Assembly (NCBI RefSeq): GCF_018977255.1
Contig: NW_024704742.1
Location: 85,810,001-85,874,000, forward strand
DNA from: Callorhinchus milii
Taxonomy: Eukaryota
Length of the DNA: 64,000 nt
Direction of reading: 5' to 3'
Position numbers and translations under genes: made by a program. Every line of letters begins with the position of its first letter. Positions within the stretch are counted from its first letter, which is position 1. The notes below the pieces were generated by a model that saw only the letters and a program-made list of their open reading frames with translations, was not told where the DNA came from and did not search any database. This document shows, piece by piece, positions 49,055 to 62,400 of the stretch.

Positions 49055-50680
49055 TTGTTATGCGAAATGTAACACTGATATTCGCAAACGTAACATCGCT
49101 ATTTAAGAAGGGTGGGAGAGAAAAAATGGGGAACTATAGAGCAATTAGCCTGGTATCAGTGGTAGGGAAAATTCTAGAGTCTATAATTAGGGACGTTGTC
49201 GTGGGGCACTTATAAAGTTATAATATGATTAGGCAGAGTCAACATGGTTTTATGACAGGGAAATTGTGTTTAACAAATCTTTTTGAGTTTTTTGAAGATG
49301 TAACTAGCAGGTTAGATAAGTGGGAACCAGCGGATTTAGTGAACTTGGATTTTCAGAAGGCATTCGACAAGGTACCACATAGAAGGTTGTTACATAAGAT
49401 TAGGGCTAATGGAATTAAGGGTAATATATTAGCATGGATCGAAGAGTGATTAACAGGAGGAAACAGAGAGTAGGGATAGACGGGTCCTTCTCAGATTGGC
49501 AGGTTGCGACTAGTGGTGCCATTCACCCAGATTGCCATTCACCCAGATTGCCATTCACCCAGATTGCCATTCACCCAGATTGCCATTCACCCTGATTGCC
49601 ATTCACCCAGATTGCCATTCACCCAGATTGCCATTCACCCAGATTGCCATTCACCCAGATTGCCATTCACCCAGATTGCCATTCACCCTGATTGCAAGGA
49701 ACAGTGCTTGGGCATCAACTATTTACAGTCTACATCAATGACTTAGATGAGGAAATAGAGCTTAATGTATCTAAGTTCGCAGACGATACAAAGTTAGGTG
49801 GGAAGCAAGCTGTGAGGAGGATGCAAAGGGATATAGACAGGTTAAGTGTGTGGACAAGAAGGTGGCAGATGGAGTATAATGTGGGGAAGTATGAAGTTAT
49901 TCACCTAGGTAGAAAAAATAGAAAAGCAGATTATTTTTTAGAGGGAGAGAGACTAGGTAGTGTTTGTATTCAGAGGGATTTAGGTGTCCTTGTACACCAA
50001 TCACAGAAATTAGTATGCAGGTACAGCAAGACATTAGGAAGGCTATTAGCATGTTAGCATTTATTGCAAAGGGGTTAGAGTACAATAGTAGGGAAGTCTT
50101 GCTGAAATTGTATAAGGCCTTGGTGAGACTGCACCTGGAATATTGTGTGCAGTTTTGATCTCTTTATCTAAGAAAGGTTATATCACCTTAGAGGTGGTGC
50201 AACGTAGGTTCACTAGGTTGGTCCCTGTGATGAGGGGTTTGACCTACGAGGAGAGGTTGGGTAGACTAGGCCTATATTCTCTAGAATATAGAAGAATTAG
50301 AGGTGATCTTATAGAAACCTATAAGATTCATAAGGGTCTTGACAGGGTAGATGCTGTGAGACTGTTTCCCCTTGTTGGAGAATCTAAAACTAGGAGTCAT
50401 AGTCTCGGGATTAAGGGTCAGCCCTTTAGAACAGAGTTGAGAAAATATTTCTTCACTCAGAGGGTAGTGAATTTATGGAATTCTCTACCTCAGAAAGCTG
50501 TGGATGCTCAATCCTTGAACATATTCAAGACTGAGATCGATAGACTTTTAAAAACTAAAGGGATTAAGGGATTTGGGGATAGGGCGGGTAAATGGAATTA
50601 GGTTAGAAGATCAGCCATGATCTTATTAAATGGCAAGCCAGGCTCGAGGGGCCGAATGGCCTACTCCTGCTCCTATTTCT
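49055..50680 (+). mobile_element. 5'-truncated CR1 LINE inserted into a Deu-type SINE
   Basis: [47 protein letters not shown] at 49048-49054 and 50681-50687. Same subfamily as 6270-7400. Confidence 0.92.
49517..49695. repeat. 16-bp tandem repeat (TGCCATTCACCCAGAT) x11 inside the CR1 RT region
   Basis: 11 units counted plus a terminal TGC; units 5 and 11 carry CCTGAT instead of CCAGAT. Confidence 0.97.
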
Positions 50681-50989
50681 TATTTGAAAAGAGAAGGGAG
50701 CTTCTCCCAATATCCTGGCCAACAATCCCCTAGATAAAATTGGTCACTCATTCCATGGCTGTAGTGTGGAACATTGCTGTGTGCAAATTAGCTGCTGAGT
50801 TCGCCTAGAAAAATAGTCACACCACATTAAAGTATGTCCTATAAAGTGCTTTGAGACATCTCCACGACGTGATGAGGTGCAATATCAAATGCAAGGATTA
50901 TTATTACATTGCCCATCCAGAGCAGGCAATACACTGGAAAAGACTGAAGCTTATTTTAGAGCTCTGGAACTCCGATACACATAGTTGAT

Positions 50990-51660
50990 ATGATGAGGGC
51001 AAATTTCCTACGGTTGAATGTGAACAAGACTAAGGCCCTCCTGATTGGCTCGTGCCAGCGCCTCAGGCTCTGGCAGCATCGACCTCCATGGTTGCACACT
51101 ACAACTCACCAGCCAGTCAGGAACCTAGGCGTCTTGTTCGACCCTCAGCTGTCTTTTCTCCCCCACATCCAAGCCATGACCTGCTTTGCTTTCCCTCACC
51201 TCCGTAACATCGCCCGACTCCATTGGCTCCCTATCCTTCAGAGGATCCAGTTCAAGATCCTGGTCCTCAAATACAAAACCCTCCATGGCCTCGCCCCAGC
51301 CTACCTCTGCGACCTCTTAACCCCCTACTAACGCCCATTCCCTCCGCTCAGCCGGCTCTGGCCTGCTCCACGTCCACCGACCCACCTGCTCCACCATTGG
51401 CGGGAGAGCCTTCAGCCTCTTTGCCCCAACCTCTGGAATTCCATCCCCCAGTCACTCCGCCTCGCCCCCTCCTTAGCCTCCTTCGAGTCCTGCCTCAAGA
51501 TTGTCCTCTTCGACCATGCCATCGGCCACCCCCCTTCCCCTCCCCTCCCTTCTCCCCCCCCTGACCCCAGCTCGGGTCTAAAATGCTGTACTCTGTCCAG
51601 TGCCTTGGTATGTCCTTCCGACGTGAAAGGCGCTATACAAATGTAATCTTGTGTTGTTGA
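50990..51660 (+). mobile_element. L2 3' fragment with internal deletion
   Basis: NFLRLNVNKT..VRNLGVLFD..LHWLPI; stem-loop tail. Confidence 0.87.
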
Positions 51661-53974
51661 GTCTGAGTTGAGTGTTGCCAGATATGGGTTGGGAAAACTT
51701 ATATATTACCACATGCCTCTGAAGACAAACCAGTCATGTAAAAGCAATACTAATGTAGAAAACCACTGAGATCTGAAAACCTCCAACCTTACCCCCATTA
51801 TTGTGTCTGGTTCTCTTCATTAGATTTGACCACAAACTAATTTGTAAACACTGGAAATAATATATTATCTACCTAGCCTATGCTTTCATTGGTTGATCAT
51901 GCCACCGCAGAATGTTCAGGTTGTTTCTGCCCTTGTATTCCCTGCCTCCTAGTGCCTATGAATTGGTTTACTGACGCCTGAACCTGGTGAAATGAGTTTC
52001 CTGAAATTTCCTCTAATTGTGCATTTTTTTAGAAATTGGAAAAAAATTTATACTAGAGACAAAAAATACATTTTGCACCTTTTTCCAAATACCAGCTTTG
52101 CTTTTACTATTATGGGTAAAGCCTACCTGTACACACATTTGAGCTCTTTCAAGAGGTTTGTTTTACAGGATCTGTGCGCTAGTGCATTATGTATGAAGCA
52201 AATGTATTGACCTTCTGGGTGTGCCATGTAAATGTAACAAAGGAAAATGACAACTGAATGTTGTTATCAAGCGTTTCAAATGAAGAAGGCCCTTTGGCCC
52301 GTTTTATCTCTTCCAAAATCCTATTCACAGCTTCATGCTGTTTCTTCGGAGTCAACCTCCTGGAATTTAATTTGTCACTAATTACCCTCTGTAAGAGGTG
52401 TCTTTCCTGAAATTGCCATTTGTTAACCTGTTAACCAGTTCTTCTTCTGATGCCTTGGCATCTTGAATTTATCTAAATCTTGAAGGTATTGTGGATTCCT
52501 GTAGCTCAGTGGTTAGGGCACTTGCCTCATATGCAAGAGAACTGGATTTGATTCTTGGCAGGACGAAATGTTGAGCAAGTTTCCTTACTGCACATGCCTC
52601 TGTTTACCTAGCAGTAAGTTGGAACTTGGTTGTTAGTTGATTGGTGGATCGCCTTTCCGGGGGTAATAATTCCTTCAAAAAAATAATAAATTGGTCACTT
52701 CAATCCACGACTGTATGTGGGACACTGCAGTGCGCAATTGCCTGCTGCATTTCGCCCACAAATTATAGTCAATTCACTTTGCAGTATATTCTGCGAAGTG
52801 CTTTGAGATGTCTCAAAGACGTGATAAGGCGCTATATCAAATGCAAGGATTACTTTATTATCTGTATGGAAGACATACAGTACTGAGTGTTCTCAAACCA
52901 GGACAAGTTAAGAATACAGATATGATTCAGTTAAATGTTTTTTCACGCCAGCACAATATGGAAAGACTTGACATTCTCAGTCAATCACACAACTAGTCAA
53001 TCCGTATCAAGGAGATGTTCAATTAGGGGAGGGGCTTGGCTAGTTAACCAGGGAATGGTAAATAGTTGTTGTAAGGATTTGCTGTCAAGTGTGCGTTTTG
53101 CAGATGAACACTTACACTGTTTCAATTCCTCCCTCAGTGGATTTGTTGAGGCAACAGTCGGAAATATTTTTGCAAAGCTGACAAACTGGAATTCTTAGGT
53201 TATTTCAGCATTCACATTTATAAGCCTTTTTCCATTGTTTTTATTGTCTTACATTTCTGTCCTCCAATAAAAGCTACTAAGTTGGTGATTACAATTAACA
53301 GCTGAATTCTGTTGGTAGCATTAGACTCCAATGAAATCTTTTTAATGGTGTCTAAGATGACTGCAAACTGCTGCAAGTGAGAAACACTGTGTGGGCAGTA
53401 AGCTGCTGTTCATTCTGACAGCGCAGAATAGAATGTGTTGCCACTGTAAACTATTTTAGCATCAGTAATTTCATGCTTCATTTGTTTGAGACAGCTAAAG
53501 TTGATAGCTGTGCCTCGATGTTTGGTTTCCTTTCCATTTGCAAAAATCTTCCCCCTGCATAGCAATAGGTCCGCACCAGTTATAGTCTGTTGGGGTATTT
53601 ACATAGGGTCCGTTTCAGGAAAACACCACCTTGAGCACTGCTGTGTATTTAAGATGATGAAGCTCCAACACTTCTCAGTTCACACTTGCCCTGCTAAAGT
53701 GGACAAATTGGGCCTTGTATGGTGTACGACAGTCAAAATTCTTCAACAAGGAACTGAAACCAGGTTTCAAGTCCTGCAGAAGGTCACCCAGGCCTTCTCA
53801 GTGTCTGATGGTAGAATGATCAATGATGCCTGAAGTATGACAGCAAAAATAGTAAAAGAAGTACTAATTTCTCTCCTTGTGTTTGCATCATTTGCTTCTG
53901 AGATGGAGAACACGGCAATGTCTTTACTGGTGTTGCAATGTACCAGATTTCTGTTTTTTTTTCTTCCCACCATT

Positions 53975-54360
53975 CATATAGATTCCTCGCCTTCAAGGCC
54001 CTCCATGGCGTTTTCCCTCCCTACCTCTGTGACCTGCTGACCCTATATCAACCTGTCCGCTCCCTCTGCTAGGCAGGCTCTGACCTGCTCCACGTACCCA
54101 CCTGCTCCACTATCGGCAGCCGGGCCTTCAGCATTTCTGCCCCCAACCTATGGAACTCCATCCCACATTCCCTTCGCCTCGCTCCCATCCTTGCCTCCTT
54201 CAAGGTATGTCTCAAAACCCTCTTCTTCGATCGAGCCTTTGGCCACCCTCCTACCCTCCCTGCCCTCCACCCTCTCTAATTCCGACCCCCAGCTTGGGTC
54301 CAAATCCCTGACTGTCCAGCGCCTTGGGACGTCCTCCTGATGTGAAAGGCCTATACAAAT
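53975..54360 (+). mobile_element. L2 3' fragment (similar fragments at ~7915-8066 plus 11887-12056, 13270-13517, 14930-15250, 17770-18003, 30218-30560, 54860-55245)
   Basis: Pyrimidine-rich L2 3'UTR ending GCGCCTTGGGACGTCCTCCTGATGTGAAAGGC. Confidence 0.85.
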
Positions 54361-55419
54361 ATAATAAGCATAGAATATCCATGCAGGGATGAGAAGAAAA
54401 ATATGCTTTTAAATTTCACTTTTCTCTTTCTTTCCCCCCTCCCCCCGCATTGTGCTATCATGTCCAACTTGTACAAGGTTCCGAAAGGTTATCTCTAAAA
54501 CAGCTACCTAGAGCCACCTTTATGTTTGCCCACAAAATACACAGTCAATTCACTTTACAATATTTTCTTTGAAGCACTTTGAGACTTCTCAACAATGTGG
54601 TAAGGTGCTACATCAAATACATCAATTATTATTATGTTCTCTTGAACCATTATCACCTTGACTCCCATCTGCTCAGGGCTATGAACATGAGCTTCTGTGC
54701 TCCATCTGAAAATATTAGTATTTGCCTACAAATATTTGCCTAATTCCTATGAAATGCATTGAAACATCATCCTGATGTGAAAGGCACGATATAAATACAA
54801 GGTTTATTTAAGTATTTTATATTATTTAAGTTGTATCATCAGTTCACGCTGAGTAGTGCTATCACCTTCAAAGCCCTTCACGGCCTCGCTCCTCCCTACC
54901 CTCTGTGACCTCCTAATCCCCTACCAACCTGTCCACTCACTCCGCTGACTCTGGCCTGCTTCACGTCCCTTGCCCCCCACCATTGGCGGGCAGGCCTTCA
55001 ACCTCTCTACCCCCACCCTCTGGGACTCTATCCCACCCTGCCTCGGCCTCTCCCTTGCATCCTTCAAAACCCGTCTCAAGACTCTCCTCTTCGATCGTGC
55101 CTTCGGTCACCCTCCTACGCCTACCCTCCCAGACCTCCACCCTTTCTGATCCCAACCACCAGCTCGGGTGCGGATCTCCCTGACTGTCCAGCGCCTTGGG
55201 ACGTCCTCGTGATGTGAAAGGTGCTATATACATGTAATTTGTTATTATCCGTTCTTCCACCTCTCTCTGGCTTGTTCCTTGTTTTTCTTTCGACCTCTAC
55301 GTGTTCCTGGGTTAATGTTTTACACGTTGATATGCTATTTTTGCCAACCATATTATTGCCAGTCTATTTACACCGTGGTTTATTATTATATGAGATCTTA
55401 GTGCAGTTTGTCCTGATGT

Positions 55420-55722
55420 GGAGTCCTGTAGCTCAGTGGTTAGAGCACTCACCTTGCAATTGAGAGACTTGGGTTCGATTCCCGGCAGGGTGAAACCTTG
55501 GCCAAGTTTCCTTACTCCACACGTCTGATAATAATCCCTCAAGAAAAAAAATAATAAATTGGTCACTTCAATCCATGACTGTTTGTGGAACATTGCTGTG
55601 TGCAATTGGCTGCTGCATTTTGCCCACAAATATACCATCAATTCAATTTACAGTATATTCTGTGAAGCGCTTTGATACGTCTAGAAGATGTGAAAAGCGC
55701 TATATCAGATGCAAGGATTATT
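55420..55722 (+). mobile_element. Same SINE family (short variant)
   Basis: GGAGTCCTGTAGCTCAGTGGTTAGAGC head with shared body and tail. Confidence 0.9.
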
Positions 55723-58700
55723 TTTTATTTATTTCATGCACAATGATTGTAATCTTCAAGAAAACACTTTCCTCTTTTCTCCCCACCTCCAAACCTGTCA
55801 TTTTAAAAAAAAGTCAGCTGTGATCAACTTCAGTTTGTAAATGTTCTTGATGGTTGGGCCAAGTTGTCAATTGTGTCGTTTTTTGGAAAAAGGGCCATTT
55901 GGAAATATGCTATATGTTGAACCTTGAAAATTCTCTCTTGCTGATTGTGAGTGACTGTTTGCTGACCTTGCTTTGTGTACCTAGTTGTTCTGCACATTCA
56001 ATTTAGTTTATGGTACCACGATGGACATTGTCAGGAAAATCATGTGGGATGGGGAGAGGAGGAGGAGAGTGCAATGTGTCATGACTACTGTGCTGAATCC
56101 TTTGTTAAAGAACGGTATGTTATTTCAAATGGGGTTTGTTGGTCTATTTTTTGCACGTTTCCACATTTTTCGCAATGAACATCGTTTCTCGTGTTATTCC
56201 ACAGAGGATTTGAGGGTGGAGCGGAGAACGTTGCAATGTCTTTAATAGTGTAATGATCCTTACATTTGCTCTAGCACCTTACTGTATCAAAATGTCTCAA
56301 AACGCTTCACAGTAATTGTGATCCACTGTGGTGACTTTTTGTGGACGAACATGGTAGCCAATTTGAACACCAAAGTGAATTCCTGTCTTTTGTACTCTTG
56401 CTGGAGGCCTTTCAGCCATTTGTTTGCACCGTGGTTTTGAAAAGAGAGGATGGAAAACAAGTAAACCTAATGTCAATTAAAGTGCTATGGCTAAGGACTT
56501 ATTCATTTTGTATTGAAATCTTATTGCTGTTCTGCCACCACTGCAAACTACCCTTTTATCAGACGGTGACCGTGTGGCCATTATGTCAATGCTTCTAATT
56601 TTTCTTCCATTCCCTGCTGACTCTTAACCATCCTGGTTTGAAGGATTGTCTTGCTTACAGCTGACTGGCTAGGTGGCTTTCTGTTGTTGCAGGCTAATTG
56701 TGATATATACATTACAGGCAGATGGTATGTACTTTATCAGGTCCTACAGCAGTACCACAGGAAGTACTATTAGGTCAGATTTTTGGTGTAATTCAAGTAG
56801 TTTCACTTTTAGATGGGTTGTTGAGTTTTATTGTAAGGAAGGTTAGTTTTATTTTTCAACTCATTTGTTCTTAGAATCATTTTGGGGGGCTGCGGCGGGG
56901 GCTGAACTGGATTGTGTGAACCGAGCCAATTCTCTGTGTTGGTCTGGTTCCTCAGCCAGGCTGGTCCACAGTGCTCCAGGGCGCTGGTGATGACAGCCCA
57001 GCCAGCCTGGCTCATCAGCAGGTCCTGGAGAGACAAATGACTCACTGGGGGCAGTGATTCTTCCCAAACAACTCCCATTAATCCTGCCAGCAACAGGGAG
57101 TTTGCCAGACTGTACTTTCGATGGCAAGCTGTGTGATTTTAGTTGCTTAAACTCCAGCATTATTCCAAAGTGCACTCTGGGGATCCCAAGCCTTGGCTCT
57201 TGCCATCCTAATACTTGTACTCCCGAGAATTGGGAAAACAAGGTATGTCCTTCCAGGGACTGAGTGCACATTCCATGGGCAGGGAAATTTCCATGTGTGG
57301 GTGGCATACATGAAACAATGTCGGGTTTAGACATTTTTAAACATAGTGATGGGTTTCTGCATGCGTCAGGCATCCAGCTGACCAAAAAAAAGTTCTTAGA
57401 GCATATGTTCTCACCTAGTATGATCCCATGATATTCTGGCCAAATTTGACCATATTTCTCCTATCCACCCCCACCTCAACACTTTTTTTACATACAAAAA
57501 AGACTAGCCACAGTATATCTGTTACTTATTCACTTTTAGGATGGTTTCTTTGAGGGATTATCTGACCTTAAGAAAAAGTCTTACAGATTTTGAGGGAGCA
57601 GTATTTTACTTTAAATATTCTGAGTAACTAAGGTACTATTTTTGAATTTTCTAATGCCCGGAGTGCAGGTTTGTGGCGTTGCTGATCGAGTGGGTAGGCT
57701 TTTTGCCACTGTAATGGTGTGATATATGTTGTGCTGGTGCCAAAGATTCAGTCCTGTGGTGGCTCGATATCTGTAGTCTTGATGTCTTTGACATTTCTGT
57801 AACTCCCATTACGTTACAAAGCTGAAGTGTAACTGTTTGTGAGGCAAAGCCTGAAATCTAAACAAAAGAAGTTAGAGAATGGCTTTTATTGTCCACCTTT
57901 TTTTCAAAAAAGCAAGCCAAGTTGTGAGCTGTTTGAGTCTGTGGATGTTGACTGCTCAGGATGCTGATCAGTTTTCACGCTTTTACAGGCCTGTGCTTAG
58001 CCTTGTCTGAAGTGCTCCTGAGGATTGTCACATTAAGTACACACGACACCGAATATCGTGAAATGTATTATTTCTAAGAAGAGCAAATTTGCTCTTCTGA
58101 AACTAGGTTTAATCTTGAACCAAGTGGATACCCTCTCTCTGGTGCTGGATAGAATAGTCTTGTTGTAGGAGGGAAAGATAATATCTGAGATATAAGTTAA
58201 TGGTGCTGGGGATGGTTTGAAATCCAGGGGTAAAATAATAAACCATGCTGGAAATCTGCAAATGTGGAAGATATTGCAGATAAGATAGATGAAAATCTGT
58301 TCTCCTTTGTTACTGTTCAGCCTCCTGATTTATTTTTGAATTCACATGAAATCAGTAGGTTGTAAATTTGCGCTTTTTCAGTGGAATATCTAACTACAGA
58401 TTGTGATGATATTGATCTTTCACCAATAGTTGTGTGTCATGTTTGGAGAGTGTGGTAAAGACCTCATGCTAGAACATCATCAAGACATATGCTCATTTTC
58501 TCGAAGCATTGTATGGTGTCGTTATGTATAGTGTCATCTCTAAGTATAGTATGGTGTCACAGTTGTTATGGCAAGCTCTGAGGCAACATAGAACTGATTT
58601 TTTAAAAAACCTTTCAGTTTTGTTCAGCAGGATGGTATTTGCTTTTTGGCTTTATTGGGCTTAACCTGAATGTTGAAATTTACGTGTGGCCCTCACTGTG

Positions 58701-59224
58701 CACTGAGAGAAAGGGACAAAATTCTGGCTTTAATCTGGTTTAGCTATAAAATCAGCCTTATTATTTACAATGCCTGTTAAACTATCGTTCTCTACAGTAC
58801 TGTAGCACTTGAATGCAGTCGCCATTGTTTTTAAATGCTGGTACTCAACAAAACTTGCAATTGTGCTAAAAATCAAAAGCTGGATGTTTTCTTTGCTCTC
58901 TTTGCAATTTGGACAGCTAGAAGGATCATGCCCAAGTAGAACAAATCTCATCATCAGATTTTGGTCAACCTAGTTAGGATGTAGCACTACATTTTAATAG
59001 ATTGATGTAGGCTTTCTATCCTGGTTGATTTCCTCTTTACTTATCTGCGATTATCTTCTTTCTCATGTGTGCATGCTTGGATGATCTCTCTTTCCTGGTG
59101 ATGAAAGCAAAGCTCGCTTTATTGGCAGCTTCCTCTACTTCTAAAACTCTGGGCCGGGCCATTTGACCACTTTTATTGTATCCAATCAAACTGAGGGCCA
59201 AATCTTTGTCTTGAGTTTTATCCT

Positions 59225-59480
59225 TGATCTGTGCTGAATTGGCAGATCACAGCTGGAGCATCAGTAGAGTACTATCATTTGATTTACTAGCCCTAGATTA
59301 AAGACTGGGGGGGTGGGGGGAGGCAAGTTGGGAGAGGAGAGAGGAATTTTCAAAAAAATAATTTCCACCTCATTACTGTCCAATGTATGAAGAATGGCCA
59401 CCAGAAAAAGGGCTCGAGGCTTGTTCCCTGCAGGGTTGAATCCGAGCACCCAGTGACCACCTTTAGGGAGGGAGAAAACT
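59225..59480 (+). mobile_element. Ancient SINE-like relic (related pieces at ~26985-27020 minus and ~61960-62210)
   Basis: CTGTGCTGAATTGGCAGATCACAGCTGG matches the reverse complement of 26991-27020. Family not assigned. Confidence 0.45.
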
Positions 59481-62400
59481 GGACAGGATGGCTGTAGCGC
59501 AATTTGTAACTTCACTCACCTGCTGCAACAATTTGAGTCAAAATCCACAATTAAACGAGGGATGTGCTCAGATTTAAATGTTTTTAAAATAAATAAGAGC
59601 AACTCTAGAGATAAAATAATATTCTTGTATTTGATAAAGCGCCTTATCATATCAATATCTCGGTGCGCTTCACAGGATACACTGAAAAGTGATGCGACTG
59701 AGCATTTTGTAGGTGAACCGAGAACTTTTAAACTTTATCTGAATTTTTTTAATCTTTAAAACTGGATTAAATTAGTACTCAAGTCCTTTTGTGTGTAGAG
59801 TAGGGCTTTCTCTTTTTTTTAAAAAAAGTGTGGTTTCAGTGTGCAGAAAAAAAGGTCAAGCCAGTTAGTGTGAAGAAGTGTGAAATGATTGCAAATATAA
59901 GAACCCAGTAAAGTGATTTTTAGTGCTGCACTTTAACGTTGCCAGTGGAAACCTGCATTCCTGACATGTTGAAAGACTGCCTTTGGGTGTAACCAGCTTT
60001 CTTTCTGCCAGACAGTTTAATTTTCTGATCAGGTGTCTTGGATCAATAAAGTTCCATAGATGCCGCGAAGCTTGTGAAACCATATACAGTGAGAATGACC
60101 ATGCAGTTTCCAGTAATCGAGTTTATAGTTCCTACTATAAGAGCCAAGATGAAGTAATGTATTGAAAATCCAGCTCTGTTCGGCGCCAAACAATGGAATT
60201 ATCGTCTTGAGAATAAATATTGGGAAACGTAATGGATTCTGATTTAAGAGTAATTTCAGTTCTGTGTGGCTAATGTTGAAGAGCTCATCACTATTACACT
60301 TGTAGGAAAATTAATAAATTGGTGAATGCATGTGAATCCAAGGTGTCTCGGGCATCTTGTGATGCCATTGCAAACTTGCAATCTTTTGTGACTTGCAATT
60401 TCCGGCACTTGAAAGAAGACATCTGCTTGAATTTTTAATTAAACATTCGTTAGTTTGTTTAACTCATCAAATTTTTTTTACTCTTTCCCTTTGGTTGCCA
60501 TTTAATTCATGAATGAATCTTTACAGTGTTGGTAAGCGATTCAGTTTGGAGAGTGTGTTTGGGAGGAGGGGAGAGGAACAGCGAAGACATTGCAGTTGAG
60601 GACAATCAGTTCGGTCAATTTGAACCAGCAAATTTTGAGTCTGTATGGCTTGGTTTATCACAGCGGTGAAACCTTTATCCACTAGGTCATCAAGAGAAAA
60701 CCTTTGCTTAAGATTTAAGATTAAATTGTTTCCGTTCTTTGTGAAAGCGCCACAAGTTAAGAGTCTCTTATGCACTGCTGTCTTCTTGTTTTGCATTCTC
60801 CAGCACTTGTAATAATGAGCCAATTGTTCAGTTAACAAATGCAACTTCAGAGTAGTTGTATCACTTCTGTAAATAAATTAAGCAGTAGAAGCTTGACTCT
60901 GAAGAGTCCACTTAAACAACGGTGTAATTTACAAATTTGAGTACTGTAATTACTAATGGACAGTCGATGGTTCATAATACTAATAATGATACAGGTAATA
61001 ATCCTTTATATTTGGTATAGCCCCTTGCACACCGGGTGGATACCCTAAAAGTGCTTTTTAAGATGTATTGTAAAGTGCAACAACTATGTTTTGTGGGCGA
61101 ATCTACAGGTTGATGGTCACAGCACTGAGACGTTGGGTATCTACTGACAAATAGTAACTTTCTAGGGATTCATTTTCTTTCAGCCTTGATAGAGAGGATC
61201 ATTCTTTTAAATCTTTGATTTGATTATGAAAAGTGCATCTGGTTTAAGATTGGCTCAGTTGGCAGCACTCTTGCCACTAGATAGAGGGTTGTGGGTTGAA
61301 ACCCCACATTGGGTCTTTGAGCTCTGTCTAGGCTGACAGTTAGTTCAATATTGAGGAAGTGTTGAGTTGTCCGAGTTTCAGTCCTTTGGATGAGATATTA
61401 TACCAAGGTTGTTGCTGCCTGTCTAGGTGGCGCCAAACTATTCAATAGAGAAGGGAGTTTCTCCCAGTATTATGCCCAATAATCCTCTAGTTAAATGGGC
61501 CATTCACTTCATAGCTTTTTATGGCACTTTGATTTGTGAGAAACGGCTGCTAGAAAAATGGTTACTATCTGTGATGGTAATTACTGGAAAATGCTTTGAG
61601 ATGTTCTTATGTTATTGTTGCTGCAAAGATGACCTAGATCTTGTAAGGATATAAGCAGTGCTCATCACAAAATTGAGATTATTTTGCCAGTCCTTTTCAG
61701 GAATCTGAAAACAATGGGAGTTTGCACTGTCCACAGAAATCTGTTGTGACTGGAATAATAAGAACTTTGGGGCGCTGTGCCATTTGTTCTGTGGATGTGC
61801 TTTCAAATAAACCTTTGAAGTTGCTGCTGATCCATTATAAGCTTTTTCACATGCCACATAATACCTGGGATTCCCTCATTCCTAAAGTACGTTTATCCTC
61901 ACAGATTCAAATTCAGGTCCACGCTAAGTTTGCCAGTATCAGCTTGAATTGTATGAGGGGTTTCTTCCGAGGGTGAGGGAGGGGAAAACCAGCCAGGATG
62001 CCTGCTCCTTGTCCCTCTTTGGCACTCTCTACTGATTGTATGTACTTGGTGGGCAGAGTTGAATTGAGGCTCAGCTGTGACGTCCTTCACACTGAGCAGC
62101 AGCCGCTGACGCTCACTGCCAGGTGCACGAACAAAGGCTGGTTGGGTGTAAACCAAAGCGTAGCCTGTGGAGCCGCAGCCCAGCGAGAGGAAGCCGGATC
62201 AGGAATGGAGAGCTATAATCAGACACACTAGAATATTTTTAACCCGTGAGATTATTCAGTATTGTAGAAGAATCTTGAATTCAGTATTAATTTGGAAGCC
62301 AGTTTACCAGCGTTTCTTAAAAAGAAACCAATGTGAATTTTCTTTTTTTTAAAAAAAAAGACAATTGTCTTACAGACTGGAGCTAGATGGACATCTGGTG

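Noticed and set aside
53500..53975. L1-like RT remnant (IILPSDTEKAW) and a weak similarity between ~53140-53180 and ~21090-21120
   Set aside because: Only one loose motif with no supporting neighbours; too weak to call without a search.
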